Positions 56,946-64,000 of a stretch of DNA of 64,000 nucleotides are shown one piece after another. The position numbers and the translations under genes are program-made. Numbering within the stretch: the stretch's first letter is position 1; each line of letters starts with the position of its first letter. Source of the stretch: Myxococcota bacterium (GTDB lineage: Bacteria > Myxococcota_A > UBA9160 > SZUA-336); contig CBDFGR010000002.1 in NCBI GenBank assembly GCA_965247115.1, positions 1,568,001 through 1,632,000 of the forward strand. The letters are read 5' to 3'. The notes under the pieces are model-generated. The model ran no database searches. It worked only from the letters and a program-made list of their open reading frames with translations, and was not told the origin of the DNA.

Positions 56946-57560
56946 GTGTCGATTCTGCTGATTCGCCACGGCGAGACGGAGCTGAACGCGACACGCGTGG
57001 TCCAGCCACCGGACACACCTCTGAACGAGCGAGGCATCGCACAGGCGGACTGCCTCGCCCGCCGCCTGCTCTCGTTCGGGATCGCGCACATCCTGACCAG
57101 CGACCAGACCCGCGCGAAGATGACGGCGGAGTGTGTGCTGGCCGCGACCGGCGCGACGCTGAGCCTTGATCCGGGCCTGTGTGAGCGGAACTTTGGAGAC
57201 ATCCGCGGCACTCCGTACTCCGAGCTCAAAGAGGACATCTTCGCGCCGGGCTACATGCCTCCCGGCGGTGAGCTCTGGAGTGTCTTCGATGCTCGAGTGG
57301 ATGCCGCGTGGGATCGCGTGACCGCACGGGCGCGCCTCGTACAGGGCAACCTCGCCGTGGTCACTCACGGCCTGGTCTGTCGCTCTCTCGCCGCTCGCAA
57401 GCTCGAGCTCCCGGAGTCGGTCGCGCAGCCGCAGCGCTGGGGCAACACCGGGCTCACGATCGTGGATGGAGGACCTCCCTGGACAGTGCAACTTCTCAAC
57501 TGCACGGCCCATCTGGAGCCCGAATTCGCGGACGACATCAGGGGCACATCGGGACTCTAG
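56946..57560 (+). CDS. Histidine phosphatase family protein
   Basis: Motifs LIRHGET, L...G..QA, SD..RA..TA, ERNFG, VTHG. Confidence 0.92.
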   Translation: MSILLIRHGETELNATRVVQPPDTPLNERGIAQADCLARRLLSFGIAHILTSDQTRAKMTAECVLAATGATLSLDPGLCERNFGDIRGTPYSELKEDIFAPGYMPPGGELWSVFDARVDAAWDRVTARARLVQGNLAVVTHGLVCRSLAARKLELPESVAQPQRWGNTGLTIVDGGPPWTVQLLNCTAHLEPEFADDIRGTSGL

Positions 57561-57707
57561 GCTCATCCGCCTCGGAATCTGTTCGTTGGTTGTCTTCCCC
57601 CACATGGTACAGGAGCCAGGTTGGGGGCCGGTAACGGGGGTTCCGAGGCGATTTTGCGCTGCTTTTGGGCTAAATCCGCGAGTTGGATGAGATTTTCCGA
57701 TTAGTGA

Positions 57708-57736
57708 TTGACGTCCGTTGGTCAACGTGCTATAAT
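57708..57736 (+). promoter_or_regulatory. Near-consensus sigma70 promoter
   Basis: TTGACG-N17-TATAAT. Confidence 0.75.
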
Positions 57737-57756
57737 GCTCGCGCTTATTTCGAACC

Positions 57757-57783
57757 AGCCCGCCTTTCGGCGGGTTTTTTGTT
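57757..57783 (+). terminator. Intrinsic terminator
   Basis: GCCCGCC-TTTC-GGCGGGT followed by TTTTTGTT. Confidence 0.8.
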
Positions 57784-57836
57784 GCTCCGATATTTCGCTT
57801 TTCCTCGGAACTAGGTACTTAGCGCACAGGCCAGTT

Positions 57837-58478
57837 CTACCAGCGTGCGGGTTTTGTGAGCGCGCGGCCTCCTGGTAGCACCAGTGGATCGGGGAACTGG
57901 TGCTGGAGATAGCGAGGGGACTTAAGCTTGAACGTGTGTCCCGGGATCAGCTTTTGGAGTTCTTGGTTCTGTCTTGCGAAGGGGAATGCGAAGAAGATCG
58001 ATTTCTCAGGATAGAGAGCTTGGGCAGTCCGCACGGCAGGGGCTAGATCCGTGTCGCCAGTCACCAGCACTGCGATATCACATTGGTCTGCATCGAAGAT
58101 CTCAAGAAGCCTGCAGGCGATTGCTACATCGGTTTCCTTTTCTTCGTATGCAGGTCTCTTCTGCTTGCAGACGTTGCACCACACTTCCTTGAACTTGAAC
58201 CGCCCAAGCTCGACACGCACACCCGTGGATTTGAGCGCTTCAATATATAGTTGGTGTCGCGCGGTCGAACCCGGTCGATAGTGGTCTCTGTGGTCAGCGA
58301 GCGCTGAGAAGTAGTAGATCCTCTCAAGGGTCGCAGTTCGTCCGATCACGGGGAGACACGACTCGAGCAACGATCTGAGATTCAGCCACCGCGTGGATGG
58401 ATGCTGAGGCAACCTCCGCTCGATCTCCTTGGCGGAGTGATAGACGTTGAAGCCGTCAACGAGGAAGACGGTCCGCAC
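57837..58478 (-). CDS. NYN (LabA/DUF88, PIN-fold) domain ribonuclease
   Basis: Motifs FLVDGFNVYH, YYFSA, EEKETDV.IA, LVTGDTDL.PA; acidic catalytic residues intact; internal CxxC. Confidence 0.92.
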   Translation of the reverse strand: MRTVFLVDGFNVYHSAKEIERRLPQHPSTRWLNLRSLLESCLPVIGRTATLERIYYFSALADHRDHYRPGSTARHQLYIEALKSTGVRVELGRFKFKEVWCNVCKQKRPAYEEKETDVAIACRLLEIFDADQCDIAVLVTGDTDLAPAVRTAQALYPEKSIFFAFPFARQNQELQKLIPGHTFKLKSPRYLQHQFPDPLVLPGGRALTKPARW

Positions 58479-58494
58479 GCTAGCCCCTTAAATC

Positions 58495-58553
58495 GAGAAA
58501 CCCCCCAGGCCTTAGCCTGAGGGGGACCAGCGCGCCCGTAGGCCCGGCTGGGG
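58495..58553 (-). ncRNA. Candidate structured leader RNA (two hairpins) upstream of the NYN gene
   Basis: CCAGC..GCC-UACG-GGC..GCUGG, then CCCCUCAGGC-UAAG-GCCUGGGGGG-UUUCUC. Confidence 0.5.
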
Positions 58554-58609
58554 ATGATGTATATTACTTATCGTCCCAACGCTGCGGAAGTCAAGTGGGG
58601 ATTTCACCG

Positions 58610-58647
58610 AACTCTGCTAAACGGGTGATCACCCGTTTAGCAGAGTT
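58610..58647. repeat. Perfect spacer-less 38-bp palindrome
   Basis: AACTCTGCTAAACGGGTGA|TCACCCGTTTAGCAGAGTT. Confidence 0.95.
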
Positions 58648-58720
58648 TCCCTTATTGTTCAAGGACGGTCTACTCTTCCAATGTATTCAGTACGTTATGG
58701 TCGCAAGCTTCCGCTTATCG

Positions 58721-59725
58721 CTACTCCAAAGGGGATGATCCCGGCAGAGATCTGACTGGCTCTCGGTATCGGAGCCGCTTCCCCTCTCCCCGCTGGATCG
58801 CGCGCACGGTCCGCGCCCCATCGTCCAGCCCTCGCGTGTTGTAGCGGTATTCGAACTCGCTCACGTAGCGGTGCAAGTGCTTCTTGCTCACGCTGTGGAA
58901 GGTCCCGTACATGCCCCGCTTGATGAGCGAGAAGAAGCCCTCAATGGTGTTCGTGTGAACGTCTCCCCGGACGTACTCGCGGGCTCCGTGCTTCACCGTC
59001 TTGTGCCCGCCCATGAACTCCATTCCCACGTAGTCGTAGGACCGCTCCTCATCCGTCATGACTCGGGCGCTGCGATCCACGAATCGCCGCAGATTCCCCA
59101 TGAGGTTGTCCTTGGTGACGCGATCAATGACCTGGGTGCGAACCTCGCCCCCGCGCTCAACCACGGCAAACACGGGCGTCTTGAGCGTGGCGCGCCCGGT
59201 AATGCGCTTGCCTGGGAGGTTGCTGCGGCCCTTGTAGCGCGGCTTGCCACCGACGTAGGTCTCATCGGCTTCGACCGTGCCCGTCAGCTTCCCTCGGGGC
59301 GTCTTGGGCATGGGAGCCATTGCCCAGCGGATGCGGTGCATGAGGAACAGAGCGCTCTTGTAGCTCAGGCCAGTCTCGCGCTGGATCTGGAGCGCGCTGA
59401 CACCTTTCTTAGAGCTGCACGCGCGCCAGAAAGCGTGACACCAGATCCGAAGCGGGATCCGGGAGTCTTCGAAGATGGTCCCTATCCGTACAGTGAATTG
59501 GCGCTTACAGCCCTGGCAGCGCCACAGGAACCGCTTGTTCCGGCCCCCCTCGCGATCCTGCATCTGGTAGACGCTGGTATCACCGCAGCGGGGGCAAGCC
59601 GGGCTCTCGCCCCACCGCTGTCGCTCGACGAACTCCACGGCCGCGAGTTCGTGCCGGCATGCTTCAGGAATCTGAGCGAGCAGCCCGGAACGGGCACCTC
59701 CGACCTTGCCTTGACCCTTTGCCAT
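58721..59725 (-). CDS. IS1595-family transposase
   Basis: Zinc ribbon CPRC...CQGC, HTH (KKGVSALQI.RE.G.SYKSA), VEADETYVGG, MTDE, HTNTIEGFF, Y..EF.YRYN. Confidence 0.95.
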   Translation of the reverse strand: MAKGQGKVGGARSGLLAQIPEACRHELAAVEFVERQRWGESPACPRCGDTSVYQMQDREGGRNKRFLWRCQGCKRQFTVRIGTIFEDSRIPLRIWCHAFWRACSSKKGVSALQIQRETGLSYKSALFLMHRIRWAMAPMPKTPRGKLTGTVEADETYVGGKPRYKGRSNLPGKRITGRATLKTPVFAVVERGGEVRTQVIDRVTKDNLMGNLRRFVDRSARVMTDEERSYDYVGMEFMGGHKTVKHGAREYVRGDVHTNTIEGFFSLIKRGMYGTFHSVSKKHLHRYVSEFEYRYNTRGLDDGARTVRAIQRGEGKRLRYREPVRSLPGSSPLE

Positions 59726-59731
59726 GTGAGT

Positions 59732-59760
59732 ATTGTAGTAAGTTCAATTGGTTGCGTCAA
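59732..59760 (-). promoter_or_regulatory. Sigma70 promoter, probably giving a leaderless transposase mRNA
   Basis: Minus strand TTGACG-N17-TACAAT, 6 nt before the ATG, with no RBS. Confidence 0.75.
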
Positions 59761-59872
59761 GTAATAAGATATTCAGGGTGAGGCCACGACTTAAGAGCAT
59801 TAAGCCCGTAACACGCGAAAAACTGGCGTATTGACGCCAGGGAACCGATAATACGGCCGAGTCTTAACCGGG

Positions 59873-59959
59873 TCCCCCGGGAGGGGCTCGAACCCTCAAG
59901 ACGCGGATAGCGTCGCCCGGTTCCAGACCGGGTGCGTTTGCCAATTCCGCCACCGGGGG
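59873..59959 (-). tRNA. Atypical class II tRNA(-like) gene: Leu-type body, anticodon TGG (Pro)
   Basis: 7-bp acceptor CCCCCGG/CCGGGGG with A73; D-arm GCG-GAATTGGCAAA-CGC; anticodon arm CCCGG-TCTGGAA-CCGGG; V-arm GACGC-TATCC-GCGTC; T-arm GAGGG-TTCGAGC-CCCTC. CCA is not fully encoded (ACCC). Confidence 0.85.
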
Positions 59960-60063
59960 GTGTCCTAGGCGGATCCGGGGAACGGAGAGGTGGGTGGCCA
60001 ACCTGAGCCTCTTCGCCCCCGGACCCTTGGGATCAGGGACGACTAGACGCCCCTAGCGGTATT

Positions 60064-60534
60064 TCATAGGCGAGTTTCCTCCTCGTGTTGCTCCACTATC
60101 TGAGACTGGATGAGTGGTCCTCCCTCCAGCGTCGTGATCGCTTCGTTGATGCGTGATCTGGGGAACCACCACCTACCGTCGCTTCGCTTCTGCGAGTCGT
60201 AGACCTGCCGAACAGGGATTCCGATCTGGTGGAGGCGCTTTTGGACTAAGGCCATCGCCGACCCGGTGCCCTTGGCGCTCTTCATGTGGAATCGCTCGGC
60301 CATTTCAGAAGCTGAAGTACCTCTCAGCCCAGCTTCGGAGATGAACCTCAACGTTTCCACAGCCTTGTGCATGGAGTCCCCAGACCTCGGAGCTGATCCA
60401 TTTCCTCTGGGCTTCGGAGTATCGGAGGTCGTCCTACTCTGGGTGGACTCCCCATACTTGCGAATCAGACGATCGAGGTCCGCCTCCGTCTCGCAGTGGA
60501 CGGAGAGCCCTCGGATCGTCACTCTGTATCCCAT
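60064..60534 (-). CDS. Hypothetical protein, possible winged-helix DNA-binding domain
   Basis: Purine-rich RBS. C-terminal TLRFI...G.RG.SASEMAERF...GSAMA.V...L pattern is HTH-like. Confidence 0.6.
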   Translation of the reverse strand: MGYRVTIRGLSVHCETEADLDRLIRKYGESTQSRTTSDTPKPRGNGSAPRSGDSMHKAVETLRFISEAGLRGTSASEMAERFHMKSAKGTGSAMALVQKRLHQIGIPVRQVYDSQKRSDGRWWFPRSRINEAITTLEGGPLIQSQIVEQHEEETRL

Positions 60535-60655
60535 GACTCTTCCCCCCCCTGGGCATCGACGGCGCGCGTGTCGCCGACGGTCCTTAGGCTTTAGCACGAG
60601 AGTCTGATGTGGCGCAACATCTGACTAGTGATCTGATACCCCATCCGGAGGTTTT

Positions 60656-60829
60656 GTGGCGCACAGAAAGAAGAGACCAGGCCCAGACCCAGAGCGAGTG
60701 AAGATCGAAGGCGACTGGGAGGAAGCCGTGGGAGAAGCGCTGAAGAAGCCGCGACCCGAGGACGGCTGGCCCAAGCCCGAGAAGGGCCAGGACGAGAAAG
60801 AGCCCGAGGAAGACTCCTCGGACTCCTGA
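60656..60829 (+). CDS. 57-aa small protein in the IS1595 element
   Basis: Absent from the ORF track. GGAGG RBS then GTG; MAHRKKRPGPDPERVKIEGDWEEAVGEALKKPRPEDGWPKPEKG... Confidence 0.6.
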   Translation: MAHRKKRPGPDPERVKIEGDWEEAVGEALKKPRPEDGWPKPEKGQDEKEPEEDSSDS

Positions 60830-60910
60830 TTTTTCCGTGGCCTAGCGGTGCGGGGGATGATCCTAGCGCTTGTGCGCTAAGTCCATACTTCCGCTTTTCC
60901 TTCGTTTTGA

Positions 60911-62497
60911 TCACAGCCGCAAGTCTCGCCTGATCTCCCTGGCGGCGTTCCTGCCGCTCGCCCCCATCACGCCCCCACCCGGGTGAGTCGCGGATCCGCA
61001 GAGATACAGGGAGTCGATTGGGCTGCGATAGCGAGCCCAGCCCGGGGCCGGTCGCATGAAGAACAGCCGGTCTGGCGTCATGGCGCCGTGGAAGATGTTT
61101 CCCCCGGTCAGGCCGAAGATTCGCTCGACGTCCGGGGCGACCAGCGTCTCCTCGTGCTCTATCGAGTCGGAGAAGCCCGGCGCGACGGCTTCGATTTCTG
61201 CCACGATCCGGTCGCGCATCTGCGTGCGAACGGCTGCCCAGCCCGGGTCGTCCGACGCTCTGGCGGGCGCGTACTGGGCGAACACAGAGGCCACGTGGTG
61301 CCCGGGGGGCGCGAGCGAGTCGTCGAGCACGGAGGGAATCGTGAGCTCGACCATGGGCTGCTCGGAGACCGTGCCCGCACGCGCCTGCTCGAAGGCGCGC
61401 TCGATCCCATCGAGGTCACCCGGTCCAATGTGCACGGTTCCGGCGAGCGGCACAGGGTCGCGGTCGCGGCAACGGAAGCGCGGAAGCTCGCGCAGAGCCA
61501 GGTTCATCTTGACGACGGGGCTGCGGTAGTCGATTTGGCCCAGCGAGCGCGCGAACTCCTCTGGTAGGAGCGTCGGCTCGTCGAGCAGTGCGAAGGTTCG
61601 TTCGAGGTCCGCGCCCGAGACGATGGCATCTGCCTCGACCTCCTCCCCGTCGGAGAGCACCACGCCCACGGCCGACTGGCGTCTCGTGCGAATCCGCACC
61701 ACCTCCGCTCCGGTTCGGAGCGTAACCCCGGCGGCTCTGGCCGCGGCTGCGAGCGCGTCGGCCAGCCCTCCCATGCCACCTCGTACGTAGGCCCAGACGC
61801 CGCGCGTACCGGATACCGACCCCATCACGTGATGGAACAGGACGTAGCCCGTGCCCGGGGTCGACGGTGACGCGAATGCGCCGATCACCGCGTCGGTCGC
61901 GAGCGTGACCCGAAGCGCCTCGGCCTCGAAGTACTCCTCGAGCAGCTCCCGTGCGGGACCCAGCAGGAGTCGAGCCGCCCTTGGCAGGTCGCTGCGGAGT
62001 GCGAGGGCCGCCCTTCCTGAGAGCCACCACGCCTCGAGATCCCGAAGCCGCCGAGGTGGCCACTCGGGCGGGGGAACATCCAGGGTCGGCTCAAGGGCGG
62101 CGGCGACCCGCTCGAGCAGTGCCTCGTAGCGCGGGAACACCACGGCGTCCCGAGTCGAGAAGCGGGCGATCTCCTCCAGGTTCTGTGCCCGGTCCGCGCC
62201 CAACACAAGAGAGCGTTCCTGGGGCAGCAGCGTCAGCGAGGAAGGTCTGCGAGGCAGGAGCTTCAGCCCGAACTGGTGCAGCTTCAGCTCCCTCACGATG
62301 CGCGGTCTGAAGAGCGACAGGACGTAGGCTGCACGGGAGACCCGGTAGCCGGGCCAGATCTCCTCGGTCACGCAGGCGCCACCCATGACGTGGCGACGCT
62401 CCAGGAGCGTCACCCGCGCACCTGCACGTGCCAGGTAGGTCGCGCAGATCAGCCCGTTATGACCACCGCCCAGAACCACGATATGGCGCTGACCCAT
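60911..62497 (-). CDS. Phytoene dehydrogenase-like FAD-dependent oxidoreductase
   Basis: Motifs VLGGGHNGLICA.YLA..G, LERR..MGGA.VTEE, GGNIFHG, LYLCGS.THPGGGVMG.SGRNAA. Confidence 0.92.
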   Translation of the reverse strand: MGQRHIVVLGGGHNGLICATYLARAGARVTLLERRHVMGGACVTEEIWPGYRVSRAAYVLSLFRPRIVRELKLHQFGLKLLPRRPSSLTLLPQERSLVLGADRAQNLEEIARFSTRDAVVFPRYEALLERVAAALEPTLDVPPPEWPPRRLRDLEAWWLSGRAALALRSDLPRAARLLLGPARELLEEYFEAEALRVTLATDAVIGAFASPSTPGTGYVLFHHVMGSVSGTRGVWAYVRGGMGGLADALAAAARAAGVTLRTGAEVVRIRTRRQSAVGVVLSDGEEVEADAIVSGADLERTFALLDEPTLLPEEFARSLGQIDYRSPVVKMNLALRELPRFRCRDRDPVPLAGTVHIGPGDLDGIERAFEQARAGTVSEQPMVELTIPSVLDDSLAPPGHHVASVFAQYAPARASDDPGWAAVRTQMRDRIVAEIEAVAPGFSDSIEHEETLVAPDVERIFGLTGGNIFHGAMTPDRLFFMRPAPGWARYRSPIDSLYLCGSATHPGGGVMGASGRNAAREIRRDLRL

Positions 62498-62519
62498 GTG
62501 GCCGGATCTCGGGTCAGCT

Positions 62520-64000
62520 TCAGTCGAGCCTGGGGGGCCGGCCCGAGCTGCCAGTCTCCAAGCCGCCAGAGCTGACTTCTTCGGGGGTAGAACCCTCGCG
62601 GAAAGGCTGGAACACGGCGTTCTCGTCGCCCGGCTGCGCGAGCAGGCCGGTGGCCTCGTCGATGCGGGCGAACACCACTCCGTCTGGGACCGAGAAGTCC
62701 TCCACACCCCAGCCTTCGAGGGCGCGCTGCATGTACTCGAGAAAGATCGGGCTCGCGGCGCGGGAGCCCGTCTCATTCTTGCCGAGATCTGCGGCGCTGT
62801 CGTAGCCGACCCAGACTCCCGTCGCGATCTGCGGGGTGTAGCCGATGAACCAGGCGTCGAACAGGTTGTTTGTCGTTCCGGTCTTGCCGGCAACGGGGCG
62901 CCCCAGCGCGCGCACGCGACGCCCCGTCCCCTGCTCAACGACGGCCCGCAACATGTCGGTCATCAGGTAGGCGGTGACGGGATCGAGACTGTGGCCCGGA
63001 GGAAGTGGTGCGGGCTGCTCATCTAGCAGCACGACCTCGCGGATTTCGCCCATGACCCGCTCGAGGTCGTCCTGCTCATAGAAGGGCTCCTCGTCTTCGA
63101 GATCGAACTCCCCCTCTTCTCCCTCCGGATCCTCGAGGCTCGCCAGGAGTGGTACGTTCTCCTCGAGCAGCTCCCCGTCACGATCGCGGATCTCGACGAT
63201 GAAAATCGGGTCGATCCGGCGTCCGCCCGTCGCAAAGGCGGTGTAGGCGCGCACCAGCTCACCGAGTGTCACCTCGCTGTTGCCTAGTGCCAGCCCCAGG
63301 TTGGCTTCGAGCGGAGAGCGGATGCCGAGCCGCACGGCCATCTCGTGAACGGGTGCCAGCCCGATGTCTCTCAGGAGCTTGATCGTCGCAATATTGCGCG
63401 ACTTGGCGAGCGCCTGGCGCAAGGGGATGGGCCCATAGAACGTGTCCGAGTAGTTCTGGGGCTTCCACTGGAACCCGCTGTCCTCGTCGACGTACACGAT
63501 CGGCGTGTCGTACACGATGGTTGCGGGCGTGTAGCCGTGTTCGAGGGCGGCCGCGTAGATGATGGCCTTGAATGCGGAGCCGGGCTGGCGTCGCGACTGC
63601 AGCGCGCGGTTGAACTGGCTGCGTTCATAGTCGTAGCCCCCGATCATGGCGAGCAGGTACTTCGTCTGCAGATCGATCGATACCAGCGAGCCCTCGGCTC
63701 GAGGCTCCTGGTAGAGATCGAAGATCGGGATCGGCTCCGGCTCGGCAACCTCGACGCCATCGAAGAGGTCTCCCAGCACCTCGTCCGCGGGGTCCGCGGG
63801 CACCGGCGTCGAGTCCACCTCGCCGGGCCTCTCGCCCACCTTCTCCAGCCAGACGAGATCGCCTACATGGAGGGCCTGGCTCACACGCTTGACCCGGGGG
63901 ATGATGCCGTCGAGCGATGTGTCGGGGATGCGTGCCCAATTCAGGTCTTCCAGGTCGAGGACAGTCTCGCGGCGAGGTCCGACGGCCAGCCGCACCTCGT
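62520..64000 (-). CDS. mrcA: Class A penicillin-binding protein 1A, C-terminal transpeptidase part; starts beyond the window
   Basis: RQPGSAFK (SxxK), LAKSRN (SxN), AGKTGTTN (KTG), DAWFIGY. Confidence 0.92.
   Translation of the reverse strand, partial: EVRLAVGPRRETVLDLEDLNWARIPDTSLDGIIPRVKRVSQALHVGDLVWLEKVGERPGEVDSTPVPADPADEVLGDLFDGVEVAEPEPIPIFDLYQEPRAEGSLVSIDLQTKYLLAMIGGYDYERSQFNRALQSRRQPGSAFKAIIYAAALEHGYTPATIVYDTPIVYVDEDSGFQWKPQNYSDTFYGPIPLRQALAKSRNIATIKLLRDIGLAPVHEMAVRLGIRSPLEANLGLALGNSEVTLGELVRAYTAFATGGRRIDPIFIVEIRDRDGELLEENVPLLASLEDPEGEEGEFDLEDEEPFYEQDDLERVMGEIREVVLLDEQPAPLPPGHSLDPVTAYLMTDMLRAVVEQGTGRRVRALGRPVAGKTGTTNNLFDAWFIGYTPQIATGVWVGYDSAADLGKNETGSRAASPIFLEYMQRALEGWGVEDFSVPDGVVFARIDEATGLLAQPGDENAVFQPFREGSTPEEVSSGGLETGSSGRPPRLD

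Larger units (their letters stand above)
57806..60893 (-). mobile_element. IS1595-family cargo-carrying element, 3088 bp
   Basis: 23-bp TIRs CGGAACTAGGTACTTAGCGCACA and the reverse complement of CGGAAGTATGGACTTAGCGCACA (20/23 match). Exact 8-bp TSD CTTTTCCT at 57798-57805 and 60894-60901. Interior looks less GC-rich than the flanks. Confidence 0.88.

Noticed and set aside
58680..59776. A separate nested IS1595 around the transposase alone
   Set aside because: 59750-59775 looks TIR-like (TACTTGACGCA) and TATTCAG is repeated at 58684 and 59770, but I found no convincing partner inverted repeat. The outer TIR/TSD pair is much stronger; nesting is not fully excluded.
59916..59932. Reading the tRNA as tRNA-Ser(GGA)
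   Set aside because: Centring GGA in a 7-nt loop breaks the anticodon stem, and A73 plus the D-arm are not Ser-type.
60591..60914. 107-aa minus-strand ORF
   Set aside because: It crosses the IS boundary, is low complexity, and lies antisense to a better-supported small ORF with an RBS.

Overview
High-GC bacterial chromosomal window; the gene content suggests a Myxococcota/deltaproteobacterial-type organism (inference). Housekeeping and metabolic genes include mpg, hemE, two acyl-CoA dehydrogenases, ilvD, DAHP synthase, threonine ammonia-lyase, alkaline phosphatase, thyA-folA and the 3' part of PBP1A. A sigma54-driven flagellar basal-body/hook cluster runs TPR gene, sigma54 activator, flgBC-fliEFGHIJ-motE-fliK-flgDE-fliLMNOPQ and stops at an IS5-family element inserted at the fliQ stop codon. 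A DUF3450-ExbB-ExbB-ExbD-TonB-TPR operon follows. A 3088-bp IS1595-family cargo element (23-bp TIRs, 8-bp TSD) carries a NYN ribonuclease behind a structured leader, a perfect 38-bp palindrome, and an unusual class II tRNA-like gene with a Leu-type body and a UGG (Pro) anticodon. Other notable observations: an MshEN-like C-terminal extension on FliM; several families of dispersed palindromic repeats with covarying stems and strand-skewed flanks; two apparent collapsed LLM-oxidoreductase mini-genes; a carboxylesterase lacking the canonical catalytic Ser; and a probable CTG start for folA. All family calls come from motif recognition by eye; no database searches were run.
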